From Eledone cirrhosa (lineage: Eukaryota), in NCBI GenBank assembly GCA_964016885.1, contig OZ024747.1, positions 40,362,001-40,426,000 of the forward strand: a DNA stretch of 64,000 bases, given 5' to 3'. Positions 35,155 to 48,189 of this stretch are shown one piece after another. The position numbers and the translations under genes were made by a program. How positions within the stretch are numbered: the stretch's first letter is position 1; the number at the start of each line of letters is the position of its first letter. The notes under the pieces were generated by a model, which was not told where the DNA came from, ran no database searches, and was given only the letters and a program-made list of their open reading frames with translations.

Positions 35155-36905
35155 AACGCAAGTCTTCAGCACATAATGCCGAGGTCTCACAACCATGTAA
35201 TATCGCTGTTCGTATACAAGCTTCATACAATCTGCCTTTCACTTTTAGAGAAAAACCCCTTGTGGCCAACAGCGGTATTAGCTCTCTGAACTATTTCCTT
35301 CCCATTCTAACTCTGGCTACTACACTTTCAGAACAACCTCCACCACTGCTGATTTTGTCACCCAGGTAACGGAAGGTGTCTACTATTTCTATAGAACCAT
35401 CTGGGCAGTTGAAGGAGATAGCATCCAGTGGGTCCTTGCTACTTACTGCACCTGAGCATATAAAATCTACATTCCTAGATAGCTTACCTGTGATCCCACT
35501 ACATCTTTTATGTACCCATAGTTTGCATTTGGGGCATAGAGTGGAATTTCTACATACTCCTTTCTTACACACTGAGGATGGCCATTTCCCAGAGGGCACC
35601 TATGCCCTGTTCTACTTTCTATTTACTAGAACTTTAGTCTTAGACAAGTTGACTTTAAGACCTTTTGATTCTAGGCCATGCTTCCATGTTTGGAACTTCT
35701 TCTCTAGTTCAGCTATAGATTCAGCTATGCGAGTTAGATAATCTGCATATAGAAGTTCCCATAGGCAGCCAGTCTTAAACCCTTCTCTTATAGCCTATAG
35801 GACAATAATAAACAGGAGGGGGATAAGGATAGAGCCCTGGTGAACCCTTACTATTGCGCTCAATTCTTCACTATATTAATTGTTAATTCTAACCTTGCTG
35901 ATTGTTCCTCTATACATGGCTTCTATAGCTCTTACAAGCTATTCATTTACTCCTAAGAGCCCACCAGATTAAGGTGCATGGGACTCTGTCAAAAATCTAA
36001 ATAGAGGAGTTTACTGTTAGCTAGGTACTTCTCCTGTAGTTGCCGTACAAGGAAAAGAGCATCTGTGGTGCTTTTACCTGGCACAAACCCAAACTGCATT
36101 TCATCTAGATCAATTCGGTCCCTAAACAGTTGAGTAATAACTCTTTCTGCGACTTTCATGACCTGGTCAACTAATTTAATGCCCCTATAGTTTCCTCTAT
36201 CCAGGCCATCTCTTTGCCCTTGTAACAGTTGACAATGATGCTGCTACGCCAGTCATTTGGTATGACCCCATTCTGTATTACTTGGTTTACTATCTAGGTG
36301 ACCATAGTATGGCCCACCATTCCAGATGCCTTCAACATTTAAGCAACTATCCCCAAAGGCCCAGCTGCCTTGCCTGTTTTCATACCTCTGATTACCTTAC
36401 TATACTACCAGCTGGTCCTTCTATTGGATCAATGTGGGGCAGACTATCTTTATTCCATTCATTCTCCTCATTCAATAGTCTCTTGTAGTGACACTTCCAA
36501 GCTACCTTCTTATCACTATCAGTGAGGGCAAGTATACCATTATCATTATGGACACACGTCTCCCCGACAATATCACAATTCTCCTTGACACATTGCCTTG
36601 CAATTTTGACCACCTCACGTCTTTGGTCCTCACATTGTAGAATAAGCTTGAACTTACTATCCTCTGCTTCCCTCTTTCCTAAGTATACTTGTTGTCTAGC
36701 TTCTCTCCTAGCTATCCGTTAGAGTTCTCTACTACCCCCCTCCTGCCATTCTTTCCAAGCCTGCTCTTTGCCCTTGATGGACTCCTCCACCTTACTGTTT
36801 CACCACCATGTCACTTTCCTCCCGCCTAACGGTCTGCTCCAGCCACAGATTTCATCAGTCGTCTTCAACAGGTTAACTTTCAGGAATTCCCACTGTTCCT
36901 CTATA
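35155..36905 (-). mobile_element. RTE LINE internal fragment (RT+PHD), degenerate
   Basis: GKWPSSVCKKG...HKRC, YLGDKISSGGG, WKCHYKRLLNEENEW. Confidence 0.88.
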
Positions 36906-37100
36906 TTATCATCATCATCATCGTTTAACGTCCATATTCAACGCTTGCATGGGTTTGGACGGGAGTTTTCCCACTTGAGGCAAGAGTGGTTGTCTTGCTC
37001 GCATAGGACTGTCTGGCGGGTTTTCTACGACTGGATGCCCTTCCTAACACCAACCACATTTACATATATATATACATATATATATACACACATATGTGTG

Positions 37101-37248
<148 letters not shown>

Positions 37249-37675
37249 TGTCTATTGAGCAATGAAAATATAACAAAAGTCAAAGATAGGTTCTCAATTA
37301 GTTCATTGTTTTATGATTGTTTCAGAGTGTTGATTGATCATAGTAAATCAATATATTGATTAAACATGATCCATCAGTCCTCTGAAACGATTGTAAAACA
37401 ATGAACTAATTAAGATCTTATCTTCAACTTTTCTTCTATTTTCCTTGTTCAATACACACACACACATATATAAATGACTTATGCAATGAAAGGCTTCTAA
37501 AAACAATAGCTCTCACCACCTAATCTAGTTGAAACCATCTCTTCATTGAGTTCTAACAATGTTATTGACCCCACCATTCATTGGCTAATAAAACTGTTGA
37601 AAAATGGTGAATGACTAATATAGATTATCTTTTTAACTAATGAGCTGAGGAGTCAATAAAGGGTACATGTCAATG

Positions 37676-37926
37676 AGGCACATGGCCTAGTGATAAGTGT
37701 GTTGAACTTATGATCATAATGTTGAGGGTCCGATTCCTGGACTGCGTTGTGTGTTTTGTTCTTGAGCAAAACACTTCATTTCGCATTCCTCCAGTATACA
37801 TAGCTGAAAATGAGTAGCAGTAAATACTGGGGGTGTCTTGTAGTCTCAGTCACTTCATGCTACAGAAACCAGGATAAGCACCACCCTGATGAGTCTCTGG
37901 ACTCGAGACAGATTTAGACTTTTAGA
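37676..37926 (+). mobile_element. MetaSINE-like tRNA-derived SINE
   Basis: tRNA head, ttcttgagcaaaacactt core, cttcatgctacagaaaccaggataagc...cctgatgag 3' region. Confidence 0.65.
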
Positions 37927-38681
37927 CAATATCAATACTTCTACATAGCTCCTCAACCTACTGGAAATAGCAGCCAAATTTCAATGAAATCACAACTTAT
38001 CTTAAGAAAAGGAAGTATATATTGAATGAAGAACTATTCATTATAAACAGACTAGATGGTCACATAAAAAAATGTGTGTATGTATGTGTGTAAGTGTGTG
38101 TCTGTGTTTGTGTTTATGCTCCTGTGTTGTGTCAAAAAGGTATGTATGAACCCGTAACTCCTGATGGAGTTGTAGAGACACCATGGTGATACATAGTGCC
38201 TTAGGCATTTAAAACTGGTAGGGCCCATACCTCTCTAGGTTTGAATATAACCCGTTTCTTCCAAAGATAGAGAGTGAGAGAGCAGATGAGAAAGAGATAT
38301 AGAAAACAAAATTGACACCAGTGGTACATTTTTATTGATCTGGTACATTTTTATTGATCTTGAAAGGATGAAAGGAAAAGTTCACCTTTGAGGGATTGAA
38401 GTCAGAGAGCAGAGAATAAGAAGGAATACTTCAAAGCCTTCTATCTGATGATCTAATTACTGCTCATTCATTGATCAAAAAGGTGACTTTTCAATAAAAA
38501 TAAAACATTGATTAATAAAAGCCCCTTTGATAAAATATTGATCAATGAAATATGTACCAGTGTGAAATCTGTAATGTGGGTTGATATGATTAATTAAAAC
38601 CCATGAAAAGAATGTCCATCATGGTTGCTGTCCAATAACTGAAACAAAAAATTTGAAATAAAAATTATCAAAATACATTAC

Positions 38682-38816
38682 CAGTTTTGACAAATTCATG
38701 TCTCTGAGAACTCTCATTACAATAGTGGCTTCACTGTCTTGCTGGTTCTGTCTTTTACTTGAACCAAGAATTCTCAACACAGACAAAATATTCCTCAAAC
38801 CAAAATCATAATGAAC
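38682..38816 (-). CDS. Dynein heavy chain internal exon b
   Basis: AG/GT boundaries, 135 bp. [15 protein letters not shown]...[12 protein letters not shown] (HYDFGLR motif) continues exon a in frame. Confidence 0.95.
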
Positions 38817-39117
38817 CTGGAAATAGAACAAGTTTTAATTTAAAAACAAAGTACTCATGAGTCCCAAATAATTGTCCGCCCCCATCGCTTATTAATTTTT
38901 CAGGTTTTTTCCAATTCCTACTCCGCTCTTATTTCAGCCCCTCCCCCACCACGATTATAAAATTTTGCTAATCTGTCTCTGATAAAATTTTATTTTAAAT
39001 GATAGCATTCCTACAATAGTTAATTTTGTTAGACATTAAAACACATAATACATGACAAAAAATGTACATTACAAGAAATCCCATGTTATAAAATAAATAA
39101 GATGGGTTGGGATCCCA

Positions 39118-39912
39118 ATCATCATCATCATCATCATCATCAACGTTTAACGTCCGTGTTCCACGCTTGCATGGGTTTGGACGGGGGTAGTCCCACTTGA
39201 GGCAAGAGTGATTGTCTTGCTCGCATAGGACTGTCTGGCAGGTTTTCTACAGTTGGATGCCCTTCCTAACACCAACCACATTTACAGTGTGGGTCTGGGA
39301 GGTTTTTACCGTGTTGCCTACACGGCCACATTACAGCGTGGACTGTGTGTTTTTTTGTCGTGACACCTACACGATCTCATTTGTTTCGGCCTCGATGGCG
39401 CGGCACCAACATAACTTTACATAGAACGGGGTGGTGTGGATCGGGTGGGGGTGGTGGGACGGGGTGTATTTTGTTAGAGATGCCTACTGGCTGGAGTAGG
39501 TTTTACTATATATTTAGGTAAGGCGGGTCTTCTCTGTTACTGAGTACCGCCAAAGGTCTCGGTCCAGTGACATTGTCTTGGAGAGGTGTAAGTGTGTGAT
39601 GTCGGAGTTTATCAGCTCGTCCCAGGTTTTTCTAGGTCTGCCTATTCCGTGACTACCGTCTATCTTTATTGCCCTGCACTTTGTTATACAGCTATCGACT
39701 TTCATGCGCATCACGTGTCCATACCAACGTAGCCTTCTCTCGAGTAAACAACATCTGATCCCTCTTATCTCTAATTTATTCCTTAGTTCGTTTATGCTTT
39801 GCCGTTCACGTATATTACTGTTACACATCCAGCGGAGCATGCAAGCTTCGTTCCTCTCTAGTCTGCGTATATCCTCTGCACACAATGCCCAGGTCTCACT
39901 GCCATGCAGCAT
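39118..39912 (-). mobile_element. RTE LINE family B 3' end
   Basis: ORF 39514-39912 MLHGSETW...RWYGHV, 3'UTR, (GAT)n tail. Confidence 0.92.
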
Positions 39913-40556
39913 TAAATGATTAATTCTGTTTTTATAATAAATTCAATTGAGATAACCTAGAAAAATTACTGATTTTCCACCCCTTACCACCCCAGTTATT
40001 CCCCCTATCCTTCCGTGTTTTTATTCCAATAACCCTGCTTATTCCAAATTTTGACAAATTTCTCAAATATGGTCTCCTAACAAAAGAAAAAACATATTTA
40101 TTCATTATTATTGCCATTATCTTGTTATTACAAACTATTTGCATCACCTGGTTTCTATCATCACCATTATCATCACTATCAATTTGGTAAAATAAAAGCC
40201 ATGATGGAAAGTACCCAGAATACATGGTAATGTGGCCGGCATTAGTAATAGCATTCAGCTGTAGAAACCATGCCAAAATTGGAAGGTATGTGAGACATGG
40301 CACTTAGCCAGTCTAGGAGAGCTCTAGCTCTGATAAAGTAAGGACTAGATCTGTAACAACCAATCCAGCCCATGTTACTATGAAAAAAATACAGACGTAA
40401 AACTGATGATAATGAATTATAGAATTATAACGGAAAACAAATATATAAGAGTAGGTCTCACCATTCATCATCCTCATCATCAACATCAATATCATCAGCA
40501 TCAAGATCATCAATATCAACATCATCAATATCAACATCATCATTACCTTAACATGA

Positions 40557-41480
40557 ACAGATGATCTAACTCTCATAGCTGAATTAGCATCAACAGATGA
40601 TCTAACTCTCATAACTGAATCTATGGCTGAACTAGAAAAGAAATTCCAAACATGGAAACATGGTCTAGAATCAAAAGGCCTTAGAGTTAACTTCTCTAGT
40701 ATGTAGAAAGGAAAATAGGGCACAGTGCCCTCTCTGGGAAATGGCCATGCTCAGTGTGTAAGAAAGGAGTAGGTAGAAATTCCATTCTATGCCACAAATG
40801 CAAACTACAGGTACATAAAAGATGTAGTGGTATCACAGGTAAGTTATCTAAGAATGTAGATTTTATATGTGGCCGATGCTCAGGTGCAGTAAGTAGCAAG
40901 GGCCCACTGGATGCTATCTCCTCAAAATTGATGAAAGCTATGGAGTAGGTAGACCCAGAAAAACCTGGGATGACATGATAAAAACTGACCTTGCACACTA
41001 ACATGTCTCTAAGACAATGTCAGTGGATCGAGATCTTTGGCGCTACACAGTAATACAGAAGACTCACCTTCCCTTACGTACAAAGCCAAACCTCCAGTCA
41101 GTAGACCCCTCTTAACCAAATATACACCACAACCCACTACCCCTACTCCATCCTCCCACTCCCACCAACACCATCCTTTCTCTGTAAAGTCATGATGGTA
41201 CCACAACATCCAGTCCAAAATAAATGAGGTCGTGTAGGTGTCACGACAAAAAAAAAACACACAGTCCACACTGTAATGTGGCCGTGTAGGTAACACAGTA
41301 AAAAGCTCCCAGTCCACACTGTAAATGTGGTTGGTGTTAGGAAGGGCATCCAACCATAGAAAACCTGCCAGATAGTCCTATACGAGCGAGACAAGGTCAC
41401 CTGACCAATCTTGCCTCAAGTGGGACAATTCCCATCTAACCCATGCTAGCGTGGAAGATGGACGTTATACGATGATGATG
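40557..41480 (+). mobile_element. RTE LINE family B 3' portion with internal deletion
   Basis: ADDL region (locally duplicated), PHD, jump at ~40922 to GRPRKTW, family B 3'UTR. Confidence 0.88.
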
Positions 41481-42890
41481 ATCATCATCATAACATCAAC
41501 ATCATCATCATCAGCATCAACATCATCATCATCATCACCAGCGTGGGAGATGGCCGCCGTCGTCGTCATCATCATCATACAACTCTGTTTTCCATGCTCG
41601 AATGAGTTGAATAAGTTCTCACTGTTATTTACATGATTATAATATCATCATATTTTTACCGCATGAGAAATGGACATAACATCATGACAATGATGATGAA
41701 GATGGTGGTGATGCTGGTTTATATCTTAATAAAATTAAGAAAGTGTGAGGTCTACTCTCAAATATTGAAGGTGGAAGTTAACAAGCAGCATCTGCTAATG
41801 TCATTTACAAATATTTGGAAAACAGAGTTCTGTTCAGCAATATCAAATTTGTATAATATAATCAATATGAATATATATTTATTTCCTGTGATCAATAAAT
41901 AAATCATTAAATATATCTGTTGCCTATTAATGCGGTGAAAATATCCAAAGCAGTGGAGAGTTGGTGGTTTTATGATTTCTCACATGATTTGGCATGGATG
42001 AGTGTGGACTGTCTAGTGGAAAATGCAGTCTTAGTAATTTTCTTAGAGCAAAAAGTGTCAAAATTTAAGTTTGTCAACTCACCAAACTGTAAGGTGAAAT
42101 TATTTTATATGAAAGAATAGACTGCATGACTAAGAAAGGTGCGTACACCTGTAGAGCAAGCTTAGTGCCCTAAATTCCCAGGTGCCCACACATTATCCAA
42201 CATATTTCATCATTCATTAATAAGACAACTGAGAAGTAGTGGAATCTGTTGTTAGTCATGTAAATGATGACTTTCAGAGCTTCATACTTTTCATATAAGA
42301 CAATACACTGGTTATAGAAAAACTTAAACTGATTGCCATATAATCATTTGTAAAACACCCAACCTTTACATTCACATGGGCTTTATTACTTTAGTTACCA
42401 GCCTGGACAAAACTGGCTCTGATTCTATGAAATAAAATCACCCATTTTAATGCTTTCCAATTTAAATTAAAATCTTCGAACATAATCTTATATATGAACC
42501 TTACATTAAATTACTATCTTACTAATGAAATAATTAATAATTTTAGTAAATCCCTCGAAATTCTTCATTAACTAATTAAAATAGAGTGTATTTCATTAAA
42601 AATGTGATCATGAAGGGTGATATAATATAACCTTTCTTACTCATTTCCAATATAATTAACTGACTCAAGTGTCTGATATAAACCCTGCCATAAAGTGAGA
42701 GACCCAGGATTATTTTATAAACAATGTGGCTATAGATTTAATGAGTCATATTAAGTACTTTGGAATATCTAGTTCTGTAACTATACTTTTAAAATAATTT
42801 CCTGTTAGATTAGCATTAGTGTTGCATGTCAGAATATCTAGATGCTCCATTAAATGTCTGATTTTTGAGAGAGGGAGAGAGAGAGAGAGA

Positions 42891-42891
<1 letters not shown>

Positions 42892-42971
<80 letters not shown>

Positions 42972-42972
42972 T
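42892..42972. repeat. (TAG)n microsatellite
   Basis: Direct reading. Confidence 0.97.
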
Positions 42973-43826
42973 GGGGGGGGGGTCCTAGTTGAAGCTTAGT
43001 GGTCAGAAAATGTTTCTCAAGTTTCTCAACAGATTTTTAAAAAGATGATAAACTTATTTCATTTCAGTAAAGTTTTCTCTCAATTTACCTTGCCAGTTAA
43101 TCTCCATTTCAATTTCAAACCATCAACATCTCATCAACTACATCTTACCTACATTAAGGATATGCACATCATTTCATCCCTTTCCAAACTTAGCGTCCTC
43201 AGTAGCTTCAATGCATGTTCTTAATATAATGCTGTCAGTGCAGAAACCAAAACTTTCGCCATTCTAAACCCCTTCCCCTAACTTGTTTCATCCCTATAAG
43301 AGAGTTCAATCTACAAGATCCCAGACCTCATTCACTTACTGAGTGGGGTGGAACTTGTCAAATCAGACCAAGGAAACAATGTTTTTTTCCGTTGCTGCTA
43401 CTATCTACCAGTTGCAACAACCTTGATCATTTTCTCACCTCCAAACCTAATTAGTATCGATACATATTGAGTCATCTAACCGCTCCTTTATCATGACTAC
43501 CCAAGACATATAAATATACCATTCAATGCCCTCTATTTGAAATGCCATAGCACTTCAAGTCAACCAATTGGCTACACTATCCCTGGCAATATGTGCTTCA
43601 CCAATGACAGCTAGGCATGTAACAGAAAACAACCTTTTAAACATATCTTTCCATATTGCACACTCAACAAAACTCAAACTGAGAATGTTATATATATATA
43701 TGAGATACAAATACAAATAAGTAATGTTTGGTTATATGGAAGCCCAACAATGCAAATTTGGTAAAAATGCCAAATGTATTTCTTATTTGTATTTCATATT
43801 CTACAATGCTTCAAGCAAAGTACCAC

Positions 43827-43869
<43 letters not shown>

Positions 43870-43873
<4 letters not shown>

Positions 43874-45477
43874 CTCTCAACGCCTGCCACCCCAACGCCG
43901 TAGCCTTTTTCTCAAGATACGTGGACGATATCCTCATCCTCACTTCTTCCCAAGACACGGCGAACAGAATCTATGAGACGTTCAACAACACGGACGAGAA
44001 CATTGACTTCAGTGTTGAACACCCCAACGAAGACGGGTCACTTGCCCTCCCCGACTTCCGAATCAACATCACGGAACAAGGAGGGATCCACTGCAACTTC
44101 TACAGAAAGGCAGCCTGCAGGGACCTATTCGTTCACTACAAGTCCGCCCTCCCTAACAGTGCCAAAAGAGGATACATCACGAACGAGATCGCGCGAATCA
44201 AAGACAGATGCAGCGATCCCGCGAGTAGTGTCACTCATACCAAGCGATTCCTCGAGGTGCTGGAGACGAACGGGTACCCTACCTTGATCACAGACAGAAT
44301 AGGAGACACCAGACGCAAGAGACAGAGAAGCACCCAAGGCAAGTGCTTCCTTAAAATACCACACCTGGGCGAGAAAACCACCAACGCTATCCGCAAGGCT
44401 ATACGGAGGGAGGGCCTCGACATCCACCTGGCCCACTCGGGCCCCTCCCTGCGAAGATGCCTCTCCAGGAAAACCGAAAAGTCTACTGACGCATGCTCCC
44501 TCAGAGACTGCCCGATACGCCATACTAACTGTTGCCTACGCACATACGTCGTGTATAAGATAGAATGTGACAGGTGCAACCAATACTACATAGGTAGCAC
44601 AATTCGACCTTTGCACATCAGGATCAAGGAACACATTAAAACCAGGGCCTCGTCTTTCCGGAAACACATAGACAAATGCGGAAACAAAGACGGAAGGCTC
44701 ATTGTCACAATTTTAGCGACTGAAAGAAACGTCGGCACGTTACGTATTAAGGAAGGGCTTCTTATCAAACGCCTACAACTGCAATTAAACAACCGCCTAG
44801 AGAGAAGCGAAATGAAATGGCTGGTTTAAGTTAACAAGCGATGCAACAACACACGCACACACACACACGCAAACGAGACAACTACACACACACACGCACA
44901 CACACACACAATAGCATTCCACCATACGAACATACCACACTGCCAATACAGATGAACAAGACAACTACACACGCACACACACACTCAAGCGAGACAACAA
45001 CACACGCACACACACACACACACACAGTAACATTTAACAAGCAGGCAGAGAATGGACTGACAGCTAGCGCCATCCCACTCCCTCATTCGGCCGTTGACTT
45101 CTGTGCGGCCGGCCCCATTTCGCGGGCCCAACCGAATACCTCAGATATTCAAACCACAAACAGCGTAAGACGCGTTCCGAATTGTCCGACAGACAACCTT
45201 TTCCCCCACCCCGGAAAAAAAAACCCCAGTTGATGGATGTGAATCCGAAATATATAGGGACTATTAAATCTCTCCCAAGGTAACTCTCTCTCTCTCTTGT
45301 GTTGTTATTATTATTTTTACCCTTTCACTATTCCCTTCATTCTACACATCCCACACATCTTATACACACCACGCATCTCAACGTCCACCCACTTACATAT
45401 CTCTCTCTCTCCTACACCGGACCCTGTTACCCGGAGATTTACCCATTTGCATTGTCGAGGCTTCCAAACGACTTATA
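43870..45477 (+). mobile_element. Penelope-like element, 5'-truncated (RT C-terminus, GIY-YIG endonuclease, pseudo-LTR)
   Basis: RYVDDIL, YRK, VVYKIECDRCNQYYIGST.R.L..RIKEH, final E and N motifs; open to stop at 44829; (TA)n on both sides. Confidence 0.93.
45224..45259 (+). ncRNA. Degenerate minimal hammerhead in Penelope pseudo-LTR
   Basis: ccc-CAGTTGA-t-ggat gtga atcc-GAAA-tata-TA-ggg; core differs from CUGAUGA at two positions. Confidence 0.55.
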
Positions 45478-45549
45478 AATATATATATATATATATATAG
45501 AATTCCCTTTTTCGGATTATATTACTGTGAGAGCCCTGGTTTCTGTTGA

Positions 45550-45631
45550 GCTCTGCTGATGAATGAAATTCCAACCGTGACCATCTCCACTGAAAGTTTT
45601 CATGAAATAGTCTTTTAAGACTATACAGAGC
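45550..45631 (+). ncRNA. Type I hammerhead ribozyme, copy 1
   Basis: gctctg-CTGATGA-atgaaa...tttcat-GAAA-tagtct ttta agacta-TA-cagagc; three stems and full core; AUA site, cleavage after 45625. Confidence 0.9.
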
Positions 45632-46178
45632 ATTTGATGTTATTCCAAATTGAAGGATAAGTGTTTCAAACTTTATTTTATCATGAGTTAAAGGTCTATA
45701 GATTTTTCCCTGGATTTTACTAAATTCTGTGGATGAATGTATATCCTGATTCTCTTTTGAGATGAGTTTGAGTTATTTTTCCTAAATCTTCCGTTAACTA
45801 CTTTTCCCATCTTGACGGTATAGTCGCATATATGTTATAGAATGCCGTTAGCTTCTTGCTAAAACAATCTCTATACCTCTCATTTATATTTATACTCGGA
45901 TTCTTTTCCTAGAGTGCTTAAACTATCTGTGACTAATCCCGGTTTTTTTCATAAAAACTGTGATAATTATTGCTATTTTGCTGAACTCCTTTGTAGAGTT
46001 TTTTTCAGAATGTATTTGACTGCTATTTCTTGTAAATAAACATTCACTTCCATCCTGACGTCACTAGCCCCGTTTTTTCCTCATGTGCTTTTTCATAAAT
46101 ACACATGAAGACGAACTAGCCAGTTTTAGAATTCCCTTTTTCGGATTATATTACTGTGAGAGCCCTGGTTTCTGTTGA

Positions 46179-46260
46179 GCTCTGCTGATGAATGAAATTC
46201 CAACCGTGACCATCTCCACTGAAAGTTTTCATGAAATAGTCTTTTAAGACTATACAGAGC
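46179..46260 (+). ncRNA. Type I hammerhead ribozyme, copy 2
   Basis: Identical to 45550-45631; cleavage after 46254. Confidence 0.9.
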
Positions 46261-46497
46261 ATTTGATGTTATTCCAAATTGAAGGATAAGTGTTTATCAT
46301 GAGTTAAAGGTCTATAGATTTTTCCCTGGATTTTACTAAATTCTGTGGATGAATGTATATCCTGATTCTCTTTTGAGATGAGTTTGAGTTATTTTTCCTA
46401 AATCTTTCGTTAACTACTTTTCCCATCTTGACGTTATAGTCGCATATATGTTATAGAATGCCGTTAGCTTCTTGCTAAAACAATCTCTATACCTCTC

Positions 46498-46564
<67 letters not shown>

Positions 46565-46565
<1 letters not shown>

Positions 46566-48189
46566 TAGCAGAATGGCCTGGCATTGCTCGGGCTTCTAAA
46601 CATAGATTGGCATGTTTATCTGTCCTTTCTGAAACAGTACAGAGAAGTACAGAATATCTCGGGCTGGGGATGGTGTCTACATTTTGTGCTTAGGCAAATA
46701 ATTTTCCATTAAGACTTTTCAAAAGCATATAATTGCATTCCCTCTCTTTTTTGTTGTTGTTTTTGCTGCTGTTGGTGTGATAGCAGCCGTTGGTCGTTCT
46801 ACTAACACAGTCTCATCCTTCTTCAGCCAATCGTGTATATCCCCTTCTGCCTCGTCTACCTAAACAATGATTGTAGCACCTCCTTGTACACAATGTTCCT
46901 TGTTCTTCCGTGTCGGGTATATGCAAAGAGATTTGTCTTGCTTCCCAATCTTGAGCAGCCAATGTATAGTTGCCCGTGTGAAAAACATGACTCTTCCAAA
47001 AGAAGACCAGCAACAGCTAGGGTCTGACCCTGGGATTTGTTGATAGGCATTGCAAAGCTGACACGGTTCAGCTAATGGTTCGTTGGTTGTCTGTTTCAAG
47101 TGCTCTTCTGGTGGCAGTATGTTCAGCATCTTGCGACCGTCGAATAGCAGATTCCACTGATGATTCGTTTGCCCGCCTTGTTCTTTTTCTTGCCGTTTTC
47201 ACAGTAATTCGGCCAATGGAATATCTCTTCCTTCGAGGCATGACCTAAAAGCAGGACGAAGTAAACTAAGACTAACTGATAGAGTAAGGAGTGATTTCTG
47301 AACCGTTGAGTATGTAATTGCTGGCCTTGTGCCAGAAGTAGTGGGACCTTTTGGGTGACATATCGGCAGTAACAATGACGAAAAGCCATCTGTGCTTTCG
47401 TGAAATAAATACGTTTGTTTATATTTCGTTTTTGTGTATGCAAAAATATCTGTACACGAATATATAATTATATATATATATTAAAATAACAGATTAAAGT
47501 TTAAGCAGAGAATCGTTGCTTTCACCCTTAACGGGATCGTCTGAAACTAAAAAAATCAATCTGTGAAAGCAGAAGTAAATATTTCGAAAAACGTTGCAAC
47601 TGAAGAAAGACAGGAAGACGATACTTTGGTTCGTGAAGACGTTCCCTGGCAATGAACGGAAAATAGCGAAGATAATACGTCAGCAATGAGAACAATCTTT
47701 TCATAATGTCATAATTGTTTCTACTTTTTTGGCACAAGGCCAGCAATTACCCAGTACATTACTGGTACTTCATTTTATCGACCCCGTAAGGATGAAAGGC
47801 AAAGTTAACCTCGGCGGGATTTGAACTCAGATCATAAAGGGCCGTAACTCTATGCTGCAAAGCATGGCGTCAGACCCTCTACCGATACTGCCATGTCATA
47901 ATGCAGACAACCAGACATACAGACAGATATTATAAGGGCGCGACGTTATAGCTATGTATCTATCTAAAAAGAGAGACTAATAAAGAGCGAGAGATCGCTA
48001 ACCGGCGCCTAACACCCCTTTAACAACAGAAAATTGAAAAATAAAAGCTGTAGTTAATATCTTTAGACCACAAGGAATATATAAATGCAAGTTTGAAGTC
48101 AATCGGAGTAGAAATGTGGATTTGTATAGACTTTGCAAAAATTAGGACACACACACACACACAGACAATTTCAGTTTTATATATATAGA
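46565..48189 (-). mobile_element. Internally deleted Helitron with PIF1-like helicase remnant
   Basis: 5' A|TCTATATATATAAAA at 48189, 3' hairpin+CTAG|T at 46565; INKSQGQTL...FSHGQLYIGCSR...TRNIVYKEVL at 46856-47050. Confidence 0.92.

Larger units (their letters stand above)
45499..46505 (+). mobile_element. Tandem 629-bp non-coding unit (~1.6 copies), retrozyme-like
   Basis: aattccctttttcgg at 45501 and 46130; copies near-identical apart from one short deletion; (TA)n on both sides; one hammerhead per copy. Confidence 0.85.

Noticed and set aside
37864-37910. gaaacc...cctgatgag as a hammerhead (also 29582-29620)
   Set aside because: Stems do not close in a valid topology; it is the 3' part of a Meta-like SINE.
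43774-43870. N-terminus of the 351-aa ORF
   Set aside because: Read-through of (TA)n (YIYI); the element is 5'-truncated.
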